A stretch of 64,000 nt of DNA from Candidatus Latescibacterota bacterium (GCA_965248265.1 CBDFJF010000001.1:192001-256000), one strand, 5' to 3'; counted from the first letter of the stretch, positions 38,606 to 49,090 are shown. Numbers and translations are program-made. Notes: a model not told the origin generated them from the letters alone.

Positions 38606-39298
38606 CTAGGCTACGAATTGGGCTGCCCACTGGCAACTTACATCAGCCACTTCCTCGAACACCTCCTGCTGTGTGCGCCCCGACCTTTTCAGAACCTTGT
38701 ACCCATGGTCCGCACCTTCCAGCCAGTGCATGCGAAAGCGATCGGACAAACCGGCCAGGACCTGCTCCATCAGATCTCTCTGGCAGAGACTGTCTCGCGT
38801 ACCGTTGAAGCACAGAACCGGAACCTTGATATCCGGTAGATGAGCGTCGCGGAGCCGTTCTGGTCTGCCTGCCGGATGCAGGGGGTAGGCGAGCAGGATC
38901 AATCCATCACAGGCGTCCCCCTCCGCCGCCAGCATCGACGCGGTACGGCCACCCATCGACTGGCCACCGATGAGGAGGATCTTCGGGTTCAGCTGCGAGC
39001 GCACGTACTCGATGACACAACGGTAACTGGCCATCAGTTTCGGCATACGGTCCGGCGCCCGACCTCCCCGATGCGTGTAGGAGAAATTGAAGCGGACGAC
39101 GTCGAACCCGGACCTGGTAAACGCCCGTGCGAAGGCCACCATGGTCTTGTGCTCCATGTTGCCACCGGCTCCGTGGGCCATGATATAGACGATATCGCCG
39201 GGGGAGTCGGCTAAAACGTCATGGATTGCCGTGGTCTCCCCATCATCGCCGCCACCGATGGTCCAGATCTGCGTTTCACTCATACCCGACTCCATCAC
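38606..39298 (-). CDS. Alpha/beta hydrolase (KANL3/Tex30-like)
   Basis: AHGAGG, GGQSMGGR, YPLHP, GTRD, ADH. Confidence 0.88.
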   Translation of the reverse strand: MMESGMSETQIWTIGGGDDGETTAIHDVLADSPGDIVYIMAHGAGGNMEHKTMVAFARAFTRSGFDVVRFNFSYTHRGGRAPDRMPKLMASYRCVIEYVRSQLNPKILLIGGQSMGGRTASMLAAEGDACDGLILLAYPLHPAGRPERLRDAHLPDIKVPVLCFNGTRDSLCQRDLMEQVLAGLSDRFRMHWLEGADHGYKVLKRSGRTQQEVFEEVADVSCQWAAQFVA

Positions 39299-39329
39299 AA
39301 TGGTTGTTTTTGACTATTCTCCTCGAATC

Positions 39330-40670
39330 ATGACACTGGCGCAACTCAACGATCTGCTGTCCAACAGGTGCCATACCGGGCACGTCTGGCTCGGGGAACG
39401 CGTCCTGCCGGAGCTGGCGAGGTTCACCGCCACCTTGCCGGAGGCTTCCGCCCGCCGATGCCTTGTGGTCGCTGACACCATCACCTGGGATGTAGCCGGC
39501 GCCGCGATCTACGAGCATCTGCGCGAAGCCGGGTACGGTCTGAGCCGTCATCTGATCGATACCTCACCGGATCGCGGCACCGTCAAGCCCATTTGTGACG
39601 ACGAGCAGGTGAATCGGACCTCACAGCAGATTCACACAGTCGATGCCAGTCTGGTAATCGCCGTTGGTGCCGGCACCGTCAACGATGTCGCCAAACTCGC
39701 CGCCTTTCAGTCCGATCGCCCCTATCTGGTCATACCCACGGCCACGTCCATGAACGGCTACACCTCCTCCACCGCCGCCGTCATGTCTTCAGGCATCAAG
39801 GAGAGCGTCCCCTGCCGCGGACCGATCGCCTGCCTGGCGGATACCGACATCCTGCGGCAGGCCCCGGCACGCATGATCGCCGCCGGCCTCGGCGACCTGG
39901 TGTCTCGCAGTGTCAGCGTGGCTGACTGGTACCTCAGCCACCGATTGCTGGGGACGGAGTACTCGCCCACGGCTATTGCCCTTATCGAGGAAAGCGGCCG
40001 TCTTTGTGACGACCAGGAACAGGCGCTGCCCGGGCGCGACCGCATTGCCGTGGCCAGCCTCATGAGTGCCCTGTTGATCTCCGGGGAGGCCATGACACAG
40101 GCCGGCTCTTCGGCTCCTGCCAGCGGCGCCGAGCACCTCATCAGCCACTACCTGGACATGACCCGCGGCCTGACCGATGCCGGTGATCTCCACGGCTGCC
40201 AGGTTGGCGTCGCTACCATCACTATGGCTGCTTTCTACGAGCAACTGCTTGCCTTGAGGCTGGACCGGGATCTCGACATGGCAGGTCTGACTGCGTCACA
40301 TCGTTCCTGGGCTGAAGTGCAGAGGGACCTGCAAGAACATTTCGGAGGTCTGGCCACGGCGATGCTGCCGCATGCCAGGCGGAGATGCCTGTCCCGGTTG
40401 CAATTGAGTGAGCGGCTGACCCATCTGCAGTCAGAGTGGCTTTCAATCAAGGTTGGATTGACTGCCCTGCTGCGACCTTCCGCCAGTGTGAACGAACAAC
40501 TCCGGGCAGCGGGAGCTCCGGTTTCCTTCAGCGCCCTGGGAGTCGAGCCGGCCCGCGCCCGCGCTGCCGTGCGGTTTGGTCGCCACATTCGAGCGCGCTA
40601 CACCATACTCGATCTGCTGTCAGAAATCGGCTTGTTGGACGGGTGGGTCGATGCGTTGCGCTTGCAATGA
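39330..40670 (+). CDS. sn-glycerol-1-phosphate dehydrogenase (AraM/EgsA family)
   Basis: AVGAGTVNDVAK, PTATSMNGY, AGLGD, PASGAEHLISH, LHGCQVG. Confidence 0.85.
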   Translation: MTLAQLNDLLSNRCHTGHVWLGERVLPELARFTATLPEASARRCLVVADTITWDVAGAAIYEHLREAGYGLSRHLIDTSPDRGTVKPICDDEQVNRTSQQIHTVDASLVIAVGAGTVNDVAKLAAFQSDRPYLVIPTATSMNGYTSSTAAVMSSGIKESVPCRGPIACLADTDILRQAPARMIAAGLGDLVSRSVSVADWYLSHRLLGTEYSPTAIALIEESGRLCDDQEQALPGRDRIAVASLMSALLISGEAMTQAGSSAPASGAEHLISHYLDMTRGLTDAGDLHGCQVGVATITMAAFYEQLLALRLDRDLDMAGLTASHRSWAEVQRDLQEHFGGLATAMLPHARRRCLSRLQLSERLTHLQSEWLSIKVGLTALLRPSASVNEQLRAAGAPVSFSALGVEPARARAAVRFGRHIRARYTILDLLSEIGLLDGWVDALRLQ

Positions 40671-40686
40671 GTCGATTGGCGTACTA

Positions 40687-40716
40687 TTGCTCATAAACCA
40701 TTATAAACCATATAAT
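40687..40716 (+). promoter_or_regulatory. Putative sigma70 promoter with tandem operator-like repeats
   Basis: TTGCTC-N18-TATAAT; ataaaccat twice (40693, 40703). Confidence 0.45.
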
Positions 40717-40782
40717 TAGATGTAACAGTAATCACATGTAACGATTGACTATATGTCCCCCGACGTTTTTTGATGCCAACCC

Positions 40783-42801
40783 ATGAACAGCCCTGAAAAT
40801 CCGGACAAATCGAAGGAAGAGCTGCTCGAGGAACTCGAGCGCCTGCGCGACACGCTTGAGGCCCTGGAAGCCCGGGATCCCGTGCAGGAACTGGCCGTGT
40901 CAGAGGCCCGGTACCGCGCCCTGGTAGAGGGTAGCTCCGACTTCATTTACGTCCTTGACAGCGAGGGCCACTTCACCTTCGCCAACGGCCAGGTCGACAA
41001 TCTTCTGGGCTACAGTCGCGAGGGTATCATCGGCAAGCACTACTCTGAGATTCTACACCCCAGCGACGTCGAGAGTCTCGGACATGCCTTTGCCGAGCGC
41101 CGTACGGGAGATCGCGCCACCAAACGGATGGAAATTCGGCTGCGCTCCAGTACCGGCGACACCCGCGAAGTCGAGATGGACGTGCGTCATTTCTCGATTA
41201 GCGCCAGTGGTCTGTACCGGGGCAGTGACTTCGTCGGTACCCACGGGGTCGCCCGCGACATCACCGAGCGCAAGTACCTGGAAAAGAAGCGTCTGGTTCT
41301 GCAGCGGGTGCGCGAGGCCGTCTGGAGCATGGTGACTGCGGAGGAAATCAATCAGGTCCTGCAGGCCATCCACCAGGGACTCGACACCATCGGCATCACC
41401 TTCCAGCACTGCGCCGTCAACGTCGTCGACATGGGTGAACCACCGATGCTCTACACCTATAGCTCGGTCGAATCATCCCGGCTGAGCAAGCCGGACGAGC
41501 GCATGATCGCCGACACCGAGAGCTACGCCGGCACCATCGCCGCCATCTGGCGACAGGCCTCACCGGCCTACAGGCCCGACCTGAAAGAGGACGACCCCTA
41601 CGGTGAACGGGAGCGCATAATCGACCTCTATGGGCCCGTGCGATCGATCATCGACGTGCCGTTTTCCTTTGGCACCCTGACCATCAACAGCGCCATCGCC
41701 GATGCCTTCAGCGAACGCGATCTAGCCTTCTTCGAGGAACTGGCAGAGGCTCTTTCTGAAGGCTTCCGCCGCATGGAGGATCTGCAACAATTGGCATTGT
41801 CCGAGCAGCGTTACCGCACGCTGGTCGAAACACCCAATTTCGTCGTCATGTTGCTGGACACCGAAGGCAACTACCTCTATGTGAGCCCTCAAATACAGGA
41901 ATGGCTCGGGTACTCGCCGGAGGAATTCTACCGCGATGCCGACATTCGCAAGCAGATCATTCACCCGGACGATCTGGTCGCGACAGAGGAGTTCCACCAG
42001 GCCGATCTTGCCACGGCGCCGCAGGCAATGGCCTACCGATGGCGTGACAAGGACGGCGAGTACCGCTGGGCGTCGGGAGCTATTTTTCCGATCTATGAAA
42101 CCACAGAGGATCAACAGATCCATCGTGCCAGCATGATGCAGGTAGTCGTTCAGGATATCACCGAGCGCAAGGTCGCCGAAGAGCAGATCAAGACCTCATT
42201 GGCGGAAAAAGAGGTCATGCTCAAGGAGATCCACCATCGGGTGAAGAACAATCTGCAAATCATCTCCAGTCTCTTGCATCTGCAGTCTTCCAAACTCGGG
42301 GATGACCGTCTAACCAGGGCCTTCGGTGACAGCCAGCATCGCATTCGCTCGATGGCTCTCATCCACGAAGAGCTCTATGAGTCGGCTGATCTCGCCCGTA
42401 TTGAGTTCGTCGGATACCTGCGGCGCTTGACCGAACACCTGTTCGAATCCTTCGGCGTCGATGAATCCCGCATTCGTCTAACCGTCGACGTCCAGGATGT
42501 CCTGCTCACCATCGAGCGGGCGATCCCATTGTCCCTCATCATCAACGAGCTCTTGTCAAACGCACTCAAGTACGCCTACCCCGGCAACCGCAGCGGCGAG
42601 ATCCGCATTCAGTTGCGGGATGAGGAGGACGGTCCCTTCTCGCTGATCGTCAGCGACGATGGCGTTGGTTTGCCAGACATCGACATCAACAGCCCCGATT
42701 CCCTCGGCCTGCGACTCGTCAACACCCTGGTCTCTCAGTTGGGCGCTGAGATGAGACTCGATCGCACCTCGGGCACCGCCTTCATCGTGGAGCGCCGTTG
42801 A
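40783..42801 (+). CDS. Cytoplasmic PAS-GAF-PAS histidine kinase (HisKA_2 type)
   Basis: RDITERK, KEIHHRVKNNLQ, INELLSNALKY, DDGVGL, SLGLRLV. Confidence 0.92.
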   Translation: MNSPENPDKSKEELLEELERLRDTLEALEARDPVQELAVSEARYRALVEGSSDFIYVLDSEGHFTFANGQVDNLLGYSREGIIGKHYSEILHPSDVESLGHAFAERRTGDRATKRMEIRLRSSTGDTREVEMDVRHFSISASGLYRGSDFVGTHGVARDITERKYLEKKRLVLQRVREAVWSMVTAEEINQVLQAIHQGLDTIGITFQHCAVNVVDMGEPPMLYTYSSVESSRLSKPDERMIADTESYAGTIAAIWRQASPAYRPDLKEDDPYGERERIIDLYGPVRSIIDVPFSFGTLTINSAIADAFSERDLAFFEELAEALSEGFRRMEDLQQLALSEQRYRTLVETPNFVVMLLDTEGNYLYVSPQIQEWLGYSPEEFYRDADIRKQIIHPDDLVATEEFHQADLATAPQAMAYRWRDKDGEYRWASGAIFPIYETTEDQQIHRASMMQVVVQDITERKVAEEQIKTSLAEKEVMLKEIHHRVKNNLQIISSLLHLQSSKLGDDRLTRAFGDSQHRIRSMALIHEELYESADLARIEFVGYLRRLTEHLFESFGVDESRIRLTVDVQDVLLTIERAIPLSLIINELLSNALKYAYPGNRSGEIRIQLRDEEDGPFSLIVSDDGVGLPDIDINSPDSLGLRLVNTLVSQLGAEMRLDRTSGTAFIVERR

Positions 42802-42839
42802 GCGGCGGTCCCGCGGCGACTTGAGCAGGATTCACCGCC

Positions 42840-43388
42840 GTGCATTGGTCGTTCTTACTTCTGGATCTAATCCCGCTTTTCGTCTTCGTCGTGCTAGAGA
42901 GCATGATGACCAATCTCCGGTACGCGCTGTTAGGAGCTGTCTGCAGTATCATCTTATTAGTGGGGTGCGACCTCTACCTGTTCGGGGAGATCGACGAATT
43001 CACGATCCTTTCCTCCGGCCTCGTGATCTTGTTTGGCCTATTGGCACTGCGCTTTGACAACGCCGCCTATTTCAAGATGAAACCGGCGGTCGTCAATCTG
43101 ATTCTGGCCGGCGTATTCCTGACAACCCATCTCCAGGGTTCGCCCCTGCTGCTCACGGCCCTGGACCGCTATGGCGAGACCTTGCCGCCGCAGTTCCAAC
43201 AGGTCCTGTCCCGACCGGAAGTGCGCCCGATGCTGGAACGCACGTCACTCTACCTCGGATTCGGTCTTATCCTACAGGCCGCTGTGGTGACATGGGCCGC
43301 GCTGAAGCTGGGGAGTTGGTGGTGGTTCGCCATCCGCAGCGCCGGGTTCTACATGATGATCTTTCTGGTTGCGCTGGCTGCAAAATGA
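42840..43388 (+). CDS. IspZ/YciB-like inner membrane protein
   Basis: LDLIPLFVF, FGLLAL.FDN.YFKMKP. Confidence 0.72.
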   Translation: MHWSFLLLDLIPLFVFVVLESMMTNLRYALLGAVCSIILLVGCDLYLFGEIDEFTILSSGLVILFGLLALRFDNAAYFKMKPAVVNLILAGVFLTTHLQGSPLLLTALDRYGETLPPQFQQVLSRPEVRPMLERTSLYLGFGLILQAAVVTWAALKLGSWWWFAIRSAGFYMMIFLVALAAK

Positions 43389-44530
43389 AATCCGTTCTGG
43401 TCACCTTCGATTACCCCCCCATCGTTGGCGGTATCGCCAATGCCCTGGCCACCTTCGTGGGGTTGGCGCGGCCGGCCGGCTGCGTGATCCTGGCTCCGCA
43501 GGCACCCGGGGCTGCGGAATTCGACGCCGACTTCCCCGTGCGCACAATCCGCTTTCCCAACTGGACTCGCTTGGGTTTTGTGGGCAAAGCGCTCAGCTTC
43601 ATGGCCGCCGTCGCCCGAACGGGCTTCACCCTCATCCGCATCCGACCCGACCTGTTTGTCGCCGCCCAACTCGTGCGTGCCGGCCCGATGGCCTTAGCGT
43701 GGCACCTGTTGAGCGGAAGGCCCTACGACGTGTGGGTGTATGGCGGTGAAACCAGCTCCCAGTTCACTTCAATGCGTTGGCTGACCCGCCTTCTCCATGT
43801 CGTCCTTCGCCGCGCCCGCACGGTGTTCACGAACAGCCAGTACACGACCCAGGAGATGCTGGCATTCGGGTTGCGCGAAGGCGCCGTGGTCGAACTGCCC
43901 TTGGGCGTCGACCGCTCCGTGTTCTTCCCACAAGCGAAATCGTCGGCTCTGCTGGAACGGTACGCCCTGGCTGACAAGATCGTGTTTACGACCATCGGCC
44001 GGCTCGTCGAGCGCAAAGGTGTAGACACGATGCTGAGCGCGCTGGGCGAGTTGCGTGACGAGATGCCGCCATGGCACTACCTCATCGTCAGCGACGGCCC
44101 TTATCGGCATCGACTGGAAGAAATAGCACGCGAGCTCGATTTAGTGCCGCATGTGACCTTTACCGGGTACGTCGACCAGGAAGAACTGGTCACCTACTAC
44201 AACCTCTGCGACGTGTTCGCGATGCCCAACCGTCAAGTGGGACATGAAACGGAGAGCAGTCTGTCGGTAGAGGGTTTCGGCATGGTCTTTCTGGAGGCCG
44301 CCGCCTGCGGCAAACCCGTCATCGCTGGACGGTCTGGGGGCGCGGTGTACGCTCTCGAGGATGGGTATAATGGATTCAGCGTGGATCCCGAGAACGTCGA
44401 AGAGCTCAAACGCGCCATCAGAGGGTTGCTCGATCCAGATCGGCGCACAGCCATGGGGGTCGCTGGAATCGACTTCGCCAGCCGCTTTGACTGGGGCAAA
44501 TCGGCGGAAATTCTGCGCTCATATATTTGA
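43385..44530 (+). CDS. Glycosyltransferase family 4
   Basis: DYPPIVGGI, GRLVERKG, EGFGMVFLEAAACGKPVIAG. Confidence 0.92.
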   Translation: MKSVLVTFDYPPIVGGIANALATFVGLARPAGCVILAPQAPGAAEFDADFPVRTIRFPNWTRLGFVGKALSFMAAVARTGFTLIRIRPDLFVAAQLVRAGPMALAWHLLSGRPYDVWVYGGETSSQFTSMRWLTRLLHVVLRRARTVFTNSQYTTQEMLAFGLREGAVVELPLGVDRSVFFPQAKSSALLERYALADKIVFTTIGRLVERKGVDTMLSALGELRDEMPPWHYLIVSDGPYRHRLEEIARELDLVPHVTFTGYVDQEELVTYYNLCDVFAMPNRQVGHETESSLSVEGFGMVFLEAAACGKPVIAGRSGGAVYALEDGYNGFSVDPENVEELKRAIRGLLDPDRRTAMGVAGIDFASRFDWGKSAEILRSYI

Positions 44531-44695
44531 TTGCTTGCCCTTGTGAACCGAGCTTTTTTGACACATTTTAGTGTATCCTATCCAACGATGTAAATCCGGT
44601 CAGGCCGCGCCCATCACGACCCGGACGAGCCTTCGGTTACTTTCTCATAAATGCTTTAAAAACAGAGATTTAGTCGCATAGACTCCGACAAAGGT

Positions 44696-46666
44696 ATGGC
44701 GGAAATGCAGACCAAAAAAGCCCTTCTCATCTCCCCCGCTTTCCCGGACGACTCGTTCTGGAGCTACAAGCATGTCATTCGCTACGCGGGACGGAAGGCC
44801 TCTTTTCCACCCCTGGGCGTGTTGTCGTTCGCCGCGATGATGCCGGAAGACTGGGATTTTGAACTGCTCGACATGAACATCCGCCACTGGTCCACACGGA
44901 CTCTGCGCAAGAAAATCCAGCAAGCCGATGCCGTCTTCGCCGGCGCCATGAACATTCAACGCGACTCCCTCGTGGAGTTGCTCGAAGGGCCGGCCAGGGG
45001 CACGGACACGCCCTGGATTCTCGGCGGCCCCATGGCCTCGACTTATCGGGACACGGTATTGCACCCGACGACCGAATCTGACCAGATACTGCATGACGGA
45101 CTGGATCTGTTGGTGTGGGGAGAAGCTCAACCATGGATTGACGATCTGGTCAAGTGGCTGGAGGAGCACCCCAAACACCGCGACGAAACGCCGCATCTGT
45201 TGATTCCCGAACGCGTGCTACAGGAACCGGAGGGATCACGCAAGTACTTGCTCGACAAGGAAATTTTCAAGCCGCTGGACAATCTCCCGGTGCCGCGCTG
45301 GGACCTGATCAACGTTCAGGACTACCGGGCCATGATGATCCAGACCACAGCCGGTTGTCGTTTTCGCTGCAACTTCTGCGACATCGTCCAGTTCAATGGT
45401 GGTTTCGCCCGCGCCAAGGACAAAACCAGTGTCATGCGGGAGCTGAAGAGCATCTACGACTCCGGATTCAGAGGCTCCGTCTTCACCGTCGATGACAACT
45501 TCGTCTCAGAGCCCGAGGCGATGGAGAACATTCTCGAGGGGATGATCGAGTTTCAGCGCGAGCACGATTATCCGTTCAATTTCTTTACCCAAGCGAGCGT
45601 CGATCTCGGCAAGGAAGGGCTCGAATACCTGGTACCGATGATGCGTCAGGCCGGATTCACCGCCGTCTTTCTCGGCATCGAGAATCCGGATCCCAGCGCG
45701 CTGAAAGAGATGAACAAGATTCAGAACGTGAAAACCAGGCCGGAGGACACGGTCCGGGTTCTGCAACAGCAGGGCATCGAGGTCTTCGCGGGATTCATCT
45801 TCGGCACCGATGGCGACACCCGTCAAACAGCGGATCTGATCGTCGACTTCGTCACCAACAACGGGATTTTCTCATCGATGACGGGCAAGCTGACGCCGAT
45901 GCCTCACACGCCCCTGTACGTCGACCTGAAGGAACAGGGACGGTTGATTGGAGCCGTGGACGCGCGTAACAACATCGACGAGTCGGCCCAGTTTCGGCCC
46001 ACGATGGGGGCCGAGCAGCTGGATGAGGGCTTCACCCACATTTTGTCGACGCTGTTTGACCGCAAGGCGCTCTACGGTCGCGCGCGCGATGTCCTCGATC
46101 GCGTCGATCTGCACATCTTCCGCGGCCGCGTACTCACTCGCGGTGAGTACATGGCGGTCGGGCACTCAGTTGTCAGACAGGGCCTGAAACGCTTGGACGG
46201 CGAGTACTTCCGCTTCCTCAGAGAGGCCTTGAAGCGTGATCGCCTCAGTTTGCAGGAAATCCGTGGCGAAGCGACACGGTTCACGGACATGTGGAACTCG
46301 GTGAGACAATCAGCTCGCGACCGCCTCGAGCTCGAAGAGCAGGACGTCAAGCGTTTCACGCAGATGCTGCAGTACGCACAGGACGCGTTGGTCCGCTATG
46401 GTCCCGACAAGGGGCTCGCCGAGGTACGAGATTTCGTCCAGGGGTTCAAGGAATCTCTCGGCAAGGGCGATGTCGCGTTGGAGCAGGGGCGCATGGTGTA
46501 TGAAAGAGCCATGGTTTACTGCGAGGCCAGGATGGAGCACTTCAAGTTTCCGGGAGTCTATCTGACGCGTGCCTTCGAACTGTGCATCATCGGCAACCAC
46601 TACAGGATTTGTGCCGACAATGTGCTGCGGCGTGCTGACAGCGACAACATGATGTCGCCTGTATAA
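44696..46666 (+). CDS. B12-binding radical SAM protein (DUF4070-type) with C-terminal extension
   Basis: FWSY, PPLG, GGP, GCRFRCNFC, VDDNF, FLGIE, GFIFG. Confidence 0.88.
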   Translation: MAEMQTKKALLISPAFPDDSFWSYKHVIRYAGRKASFPPLGVLSFAAMMPEDWDFELLDMNIRHWSTRTLRKKIQQADAVFAGAMNIQRDSLVELLEGPARGTDTPWILGGPMASTYRDTVLHPTTESDQILHDGLDLLVWGEAQPWIDDLVKWLEEHPKHRDETPHLLIPERVLQEPEGSRKYLLDKEIFKPLDNLPVPRWDLINVQDYRAMMIQTTAGCRFRCNFCDIVQFNGGFARAKDKTSVMRELKSIYDSGFRGSVFTVDDNFVSEPEAMENILEGMIEFQREHDYPFNFFTQASVDLGKEGLEYLVPMMRQAGFTAVFLGIENPDPSALKEMNKIQNVKTRPEDTVRVLQQQGIEVFAGFIFGTDGDTRQTADLIVDFVTNNGIFSSMTGKLTPMPHTPLYVDLKEQGRLIGAVDARNNIDESAQFRPTMGAEQLDEGFTHILSTLFDRKALYGRARDVLDRVDLHIFRGRVLTRGEYMAVGHSVVRQGLKRLDGEYFRFLREALKRDRLSLQEIRGEATRFTDMWNSVRQSARDRLELEEQDVKRFTQMLQYAQDALVRYGPDKGLAEVRDFVQGFKESLGKGDVALEQGRMVYERAMVYCEARMEHFKFPGVYLTRAFELCIIGNHYRICADNVLRRADSDNMMSPV

Positions 46667-46864
46667 GCGGACATCCTGTCCGTTCTCGAGCTGACACTCG
46701 AGGACTTAGCGAACATCCTGTTCGCTCTCGAGCTCCGCTCGAGGTTGCCTCGAACTAGCGTTCGAGGAATCTATTTGAAAAACTGCGCTCACTAACGCAA
46801 AGAGCTTCTCGAGCGCAGTTTGAGAACGAACGCAGGTTTTGAGCGAACAGGATGTTCGCTACAT
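46664..46864. repeat. REP/REPIN-like cluster (GTAG family)
   Basis: tagcgaacatcctgttcgctc (46707-46727) and its perfect reverse complement (46841-46861), plus a degenerate copy at 46664; between convergent genes. Confidence 0.75.
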
Positions 46865-47296
46865 CTGTGTCAGCTTGAGCTGGCGCATTCGGCGATAACT
46901 CTCGCTGCCGACCCAAGCCAGACATGACCCTGCGCAGGCGAAAGCCAGGGCCTGTTGCGGACTTCCGGTAACGCCCCAGGCTGCCCCCATCGTCGCCACA
47001 CCCACCAGTAGCAGTTTATACCATCGAGGAATCAGGCTCGCACCGCTGCGCCATTCCTTTTCCCGCAACGCTGCCCTCGATTCGGGAACCATGCCCGCCA
47101 GGAGATCGGCGTCGGGCAAACCGGGTCGCGGCGGCGGCTCGGCGGCTCCGCGGAACGCACGCGCGGACACGGCGACGCCGTGGACGGCGGTTCTCAGCAA
47201 CAAATCTTGCGATCGCTGCTCGTCCTCCTCAGCGGCAGGATCGTCTGACCCTGCCAATATGGCCTCAGGCGTCGGTTTCTCAGCTCGCTGCAGCAT
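46859..47296 (-). CDS. Hypothetical membrane protein
   Basis: ORF with two C-terminal hydrophobic helices; no family recognised. Confidence 0.5.
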   Translation of the reverse strand: MLQRAEKPTPEAILAGSDDPAAEEDEQRSQDLLLRTAVHGVAVSARAFRGAAEPPPRPGLPDADLLAGMVPESRAALREKEWRSGASLIPRWYKLLLVGVATMGAAWGVTGSPQQALAFACAGSCLAWVGSESYRRMRQLKLTQM

Positions 47297-47598
47297 GGTC
47301 TCGACTGGTCATGGCATGGGGCGCCGATGATGCGTCACGGTGACGACTGTCAGTGACTCTAATCAGTTGCTGTAGTCCTCCCTGCACGGCGAAGACGCCA
47401 GCCGGTTGACCGCAGACACTGAAGGAGATTCGGTGGGGAGAAAAATGAGGGCAAGCACCGACGCCTCGACGGTACGGGCACCTCGCTGAGAAGATATTGA
47501 GATCGACGAGGCGCGCGCAAGGTGCTCGGGAACCATGCTGGCCACCCGAGCCCCGCAGAAGCCGTCCGGTGGGCGGTAAGTCGATAGTGACAGGGCAC

Positions 47599-47976
47599 TT
47601 AGATATTTTCGAATGCTTTGCGGAGTTCGGACAGCATGCGGTCGACTCGCACCGGTTTGCGCAATACCCCGGCAACATCGGTCTGCTGACCCTTGCGCTC
47701 CTCCGCTGACTGTTCGACGCAGACGATGATCCTGACCTTGGGGTCGATCTTGTTCAACTGCGCGATCACGACCTCGGTGACCTTCTCCGATTTACTCAGG
47801 TCAATAAGGACCAGCCCGATCTCCGCGTTCTTCTCCTGAAACAGCATCAGGCCCTGCGACGCATCTTCTGCTTCGAAGATCTCATACTTGTAGTACTTCA
47901 GGTTCTGCACCAGAGTCTTGCGCGCTATGACCTGGTCGGCGATGACGAGGATGGGCTTGGCGACACGTACCAGCAT
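47599..47976 (-). CDS. Single-domain response regulator (atypical receiver)
   Basis: ILVIADQ, LVLIDL, IIVC, VLRKP. Confidence 0.8.
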   Translation of the reverse strand: MLVRVAKPILVIADQVIARKTLVQNLKYYKYEIFEAEDASQGLMLFQEKNAEIGLVLIDLSKSEKVTEVVIAQLNKIDPKVRIIVCVEQSAEERKGQQTDVAGVLRKPVRVDRMLSELRKAFENI

Positions 47977-48138
47977 TACGTGTTGAACCTCAGGGTGTTG
48001 AGGGACCGACGGGTGGAGCGCCGTGACCGCTCCCGGCGCTCATTCCCCCGTTAACCTGGTACAGGTGGACGGATTCCAGCAAATCGACGAGATTTGAGGA
48101 TGCGCGCTCCGGTGCACGAGCACATCTGAGGATGATTC

Positions 48139-48324
48139 ATGCCTTTTTTTATGCATTACAAAGACAGGGACGAACCCCAGGAAGTCAGCGAGGGCGAAGC
48201 GCGGCATATCCTTGACCTCGACCTCCCGGCCTCCAAGGACCAGATGTGGCAAAAATTGATGCGCGGTGAGCAAGTCCACGTCCGATTGGGTTACCTGATC
48301 TGGGAGCGCCTGGTGTCTAACTGA
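48139..48324 (+). CDS. Small hypothetical protein (61 aa)
   Basis: GAGGA RBS and ATG; fills the gap between flanking genes. Confidence 0.55.
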   Translation: MPFFMHYKDRDEPQEVSEGEARHILDLDLPASKDQMWQKLMRGEQVHVRLGYLIWERLVSN

Positions 48325-48331
48325 CCATCCC

Positions 48332-49090
48332 TTAGAGCCTGCAGACCTCATACGCCTGCCGCAGTGATGCCACGGGGTCTCCCAGGGGCACGAATTCGTG
48401 CCCGACAAATCCGTCAAAACCAGTTTCTTCGATCGCCTTGATGACAGCCGGATAGTAGATCTCCTGGTTTTCATCCAGTTCGTTGCGCCCTGGATTGCCG
48501 GCGGTGTGGTAGTGGCCGAAGTACCGGTTGTACTCACGAATCGTCCGAATCAGATCCCCTTCCATGATCTGCATGTGGTAGATGTCGTAGAGCAGCTTCA
48601 CCCTGGGTGATCCCACACGCTCTATCACCTCGACCCCCCACGAGGTACTATCGCATTGGTACTCGGGGTGATCCACTTTGCTATTGAGCAGCTCGAGAAC
48701 CAGGTCCACCCCAGCCTCTTCCGCGGCGCCGGCTACCCGACTCAACCCTGCCGCCGTGACCTCGACTCCCTCTTCGTCGTCGTCAACGTGGCGATTCCCC
48801 GAAAAACACATCAGCCCGTGAATTCCATGCTTCTGCGCGTGCTCGAGATTCTCGAGAACTTCGGCCTCAATACGATCATGATTCGACCGCTTGTTCAGCC
48901 CGTCCGTCAAGGTCGTATGGCCGCCGATGGCCGCGATCTCGAGGCCGGCATCTCGGATCGCCTGCCAGTGTTCGGCCGGAACTAAATCGAAGCCGGCGTA
49001 GCCGATATCAGCCACGGCCGCGATCAGCTCATTCGGGCTCAGCTGCTTTCCCCCGAAGCACCACCAGGAAACTGAATGACGTATGGTCAA
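48332..49090 (-). CDS. Hydroxypyruvate isomerase family TIM-barrel protein
   Basis: LELLNSKVDH, LLYDIYHMQIMEGD, HYHTAGNPGRNE, GHEF. Confidence 0.88.
   Translation of the reverse strand: MTIRHSVSWWCFGGKQLSPNELIAAVADIGYAGFDLVPAEHWQAIRDAGLEIAAIGGHTTLTDGLNKRSNHDRIEAEVLENLEHAQKHGIHGLMCFSGNRHVDDDEEGVEVTAAGLSRVAGAAEEAGVDLVLELLNSKVDHPEYQCDSTSWGVEVIERVGSPRVKLLYDIYHMQIMEGDLIRTIREYNRYFGHYHTAGNPGRNELDENQEIYYPAVIKAIEETGFDGFVGHEFVPLGDPVASLRQAYEVCRL

Noticed and set aside
44530-44695. Possible cobalamin or SAM riboswitch upstream of the B12 radical SAM gene
   Set aside because: No B12-box or SAM aptamer consensus visible; only a weak tccgg/ccgga stem.
47300-47598. Short overlapping ORFs between the membrane protein and the receiver gene
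   Set aside because: No convincing RBS, motif or composition; a frame could not be chosen.
48005-48060. GC-rich hairpin between divergent genes as a possible ncRNA
   Set aside because: Single hairpin without clear promoter or terminator support; could arise by chance at this GC content.
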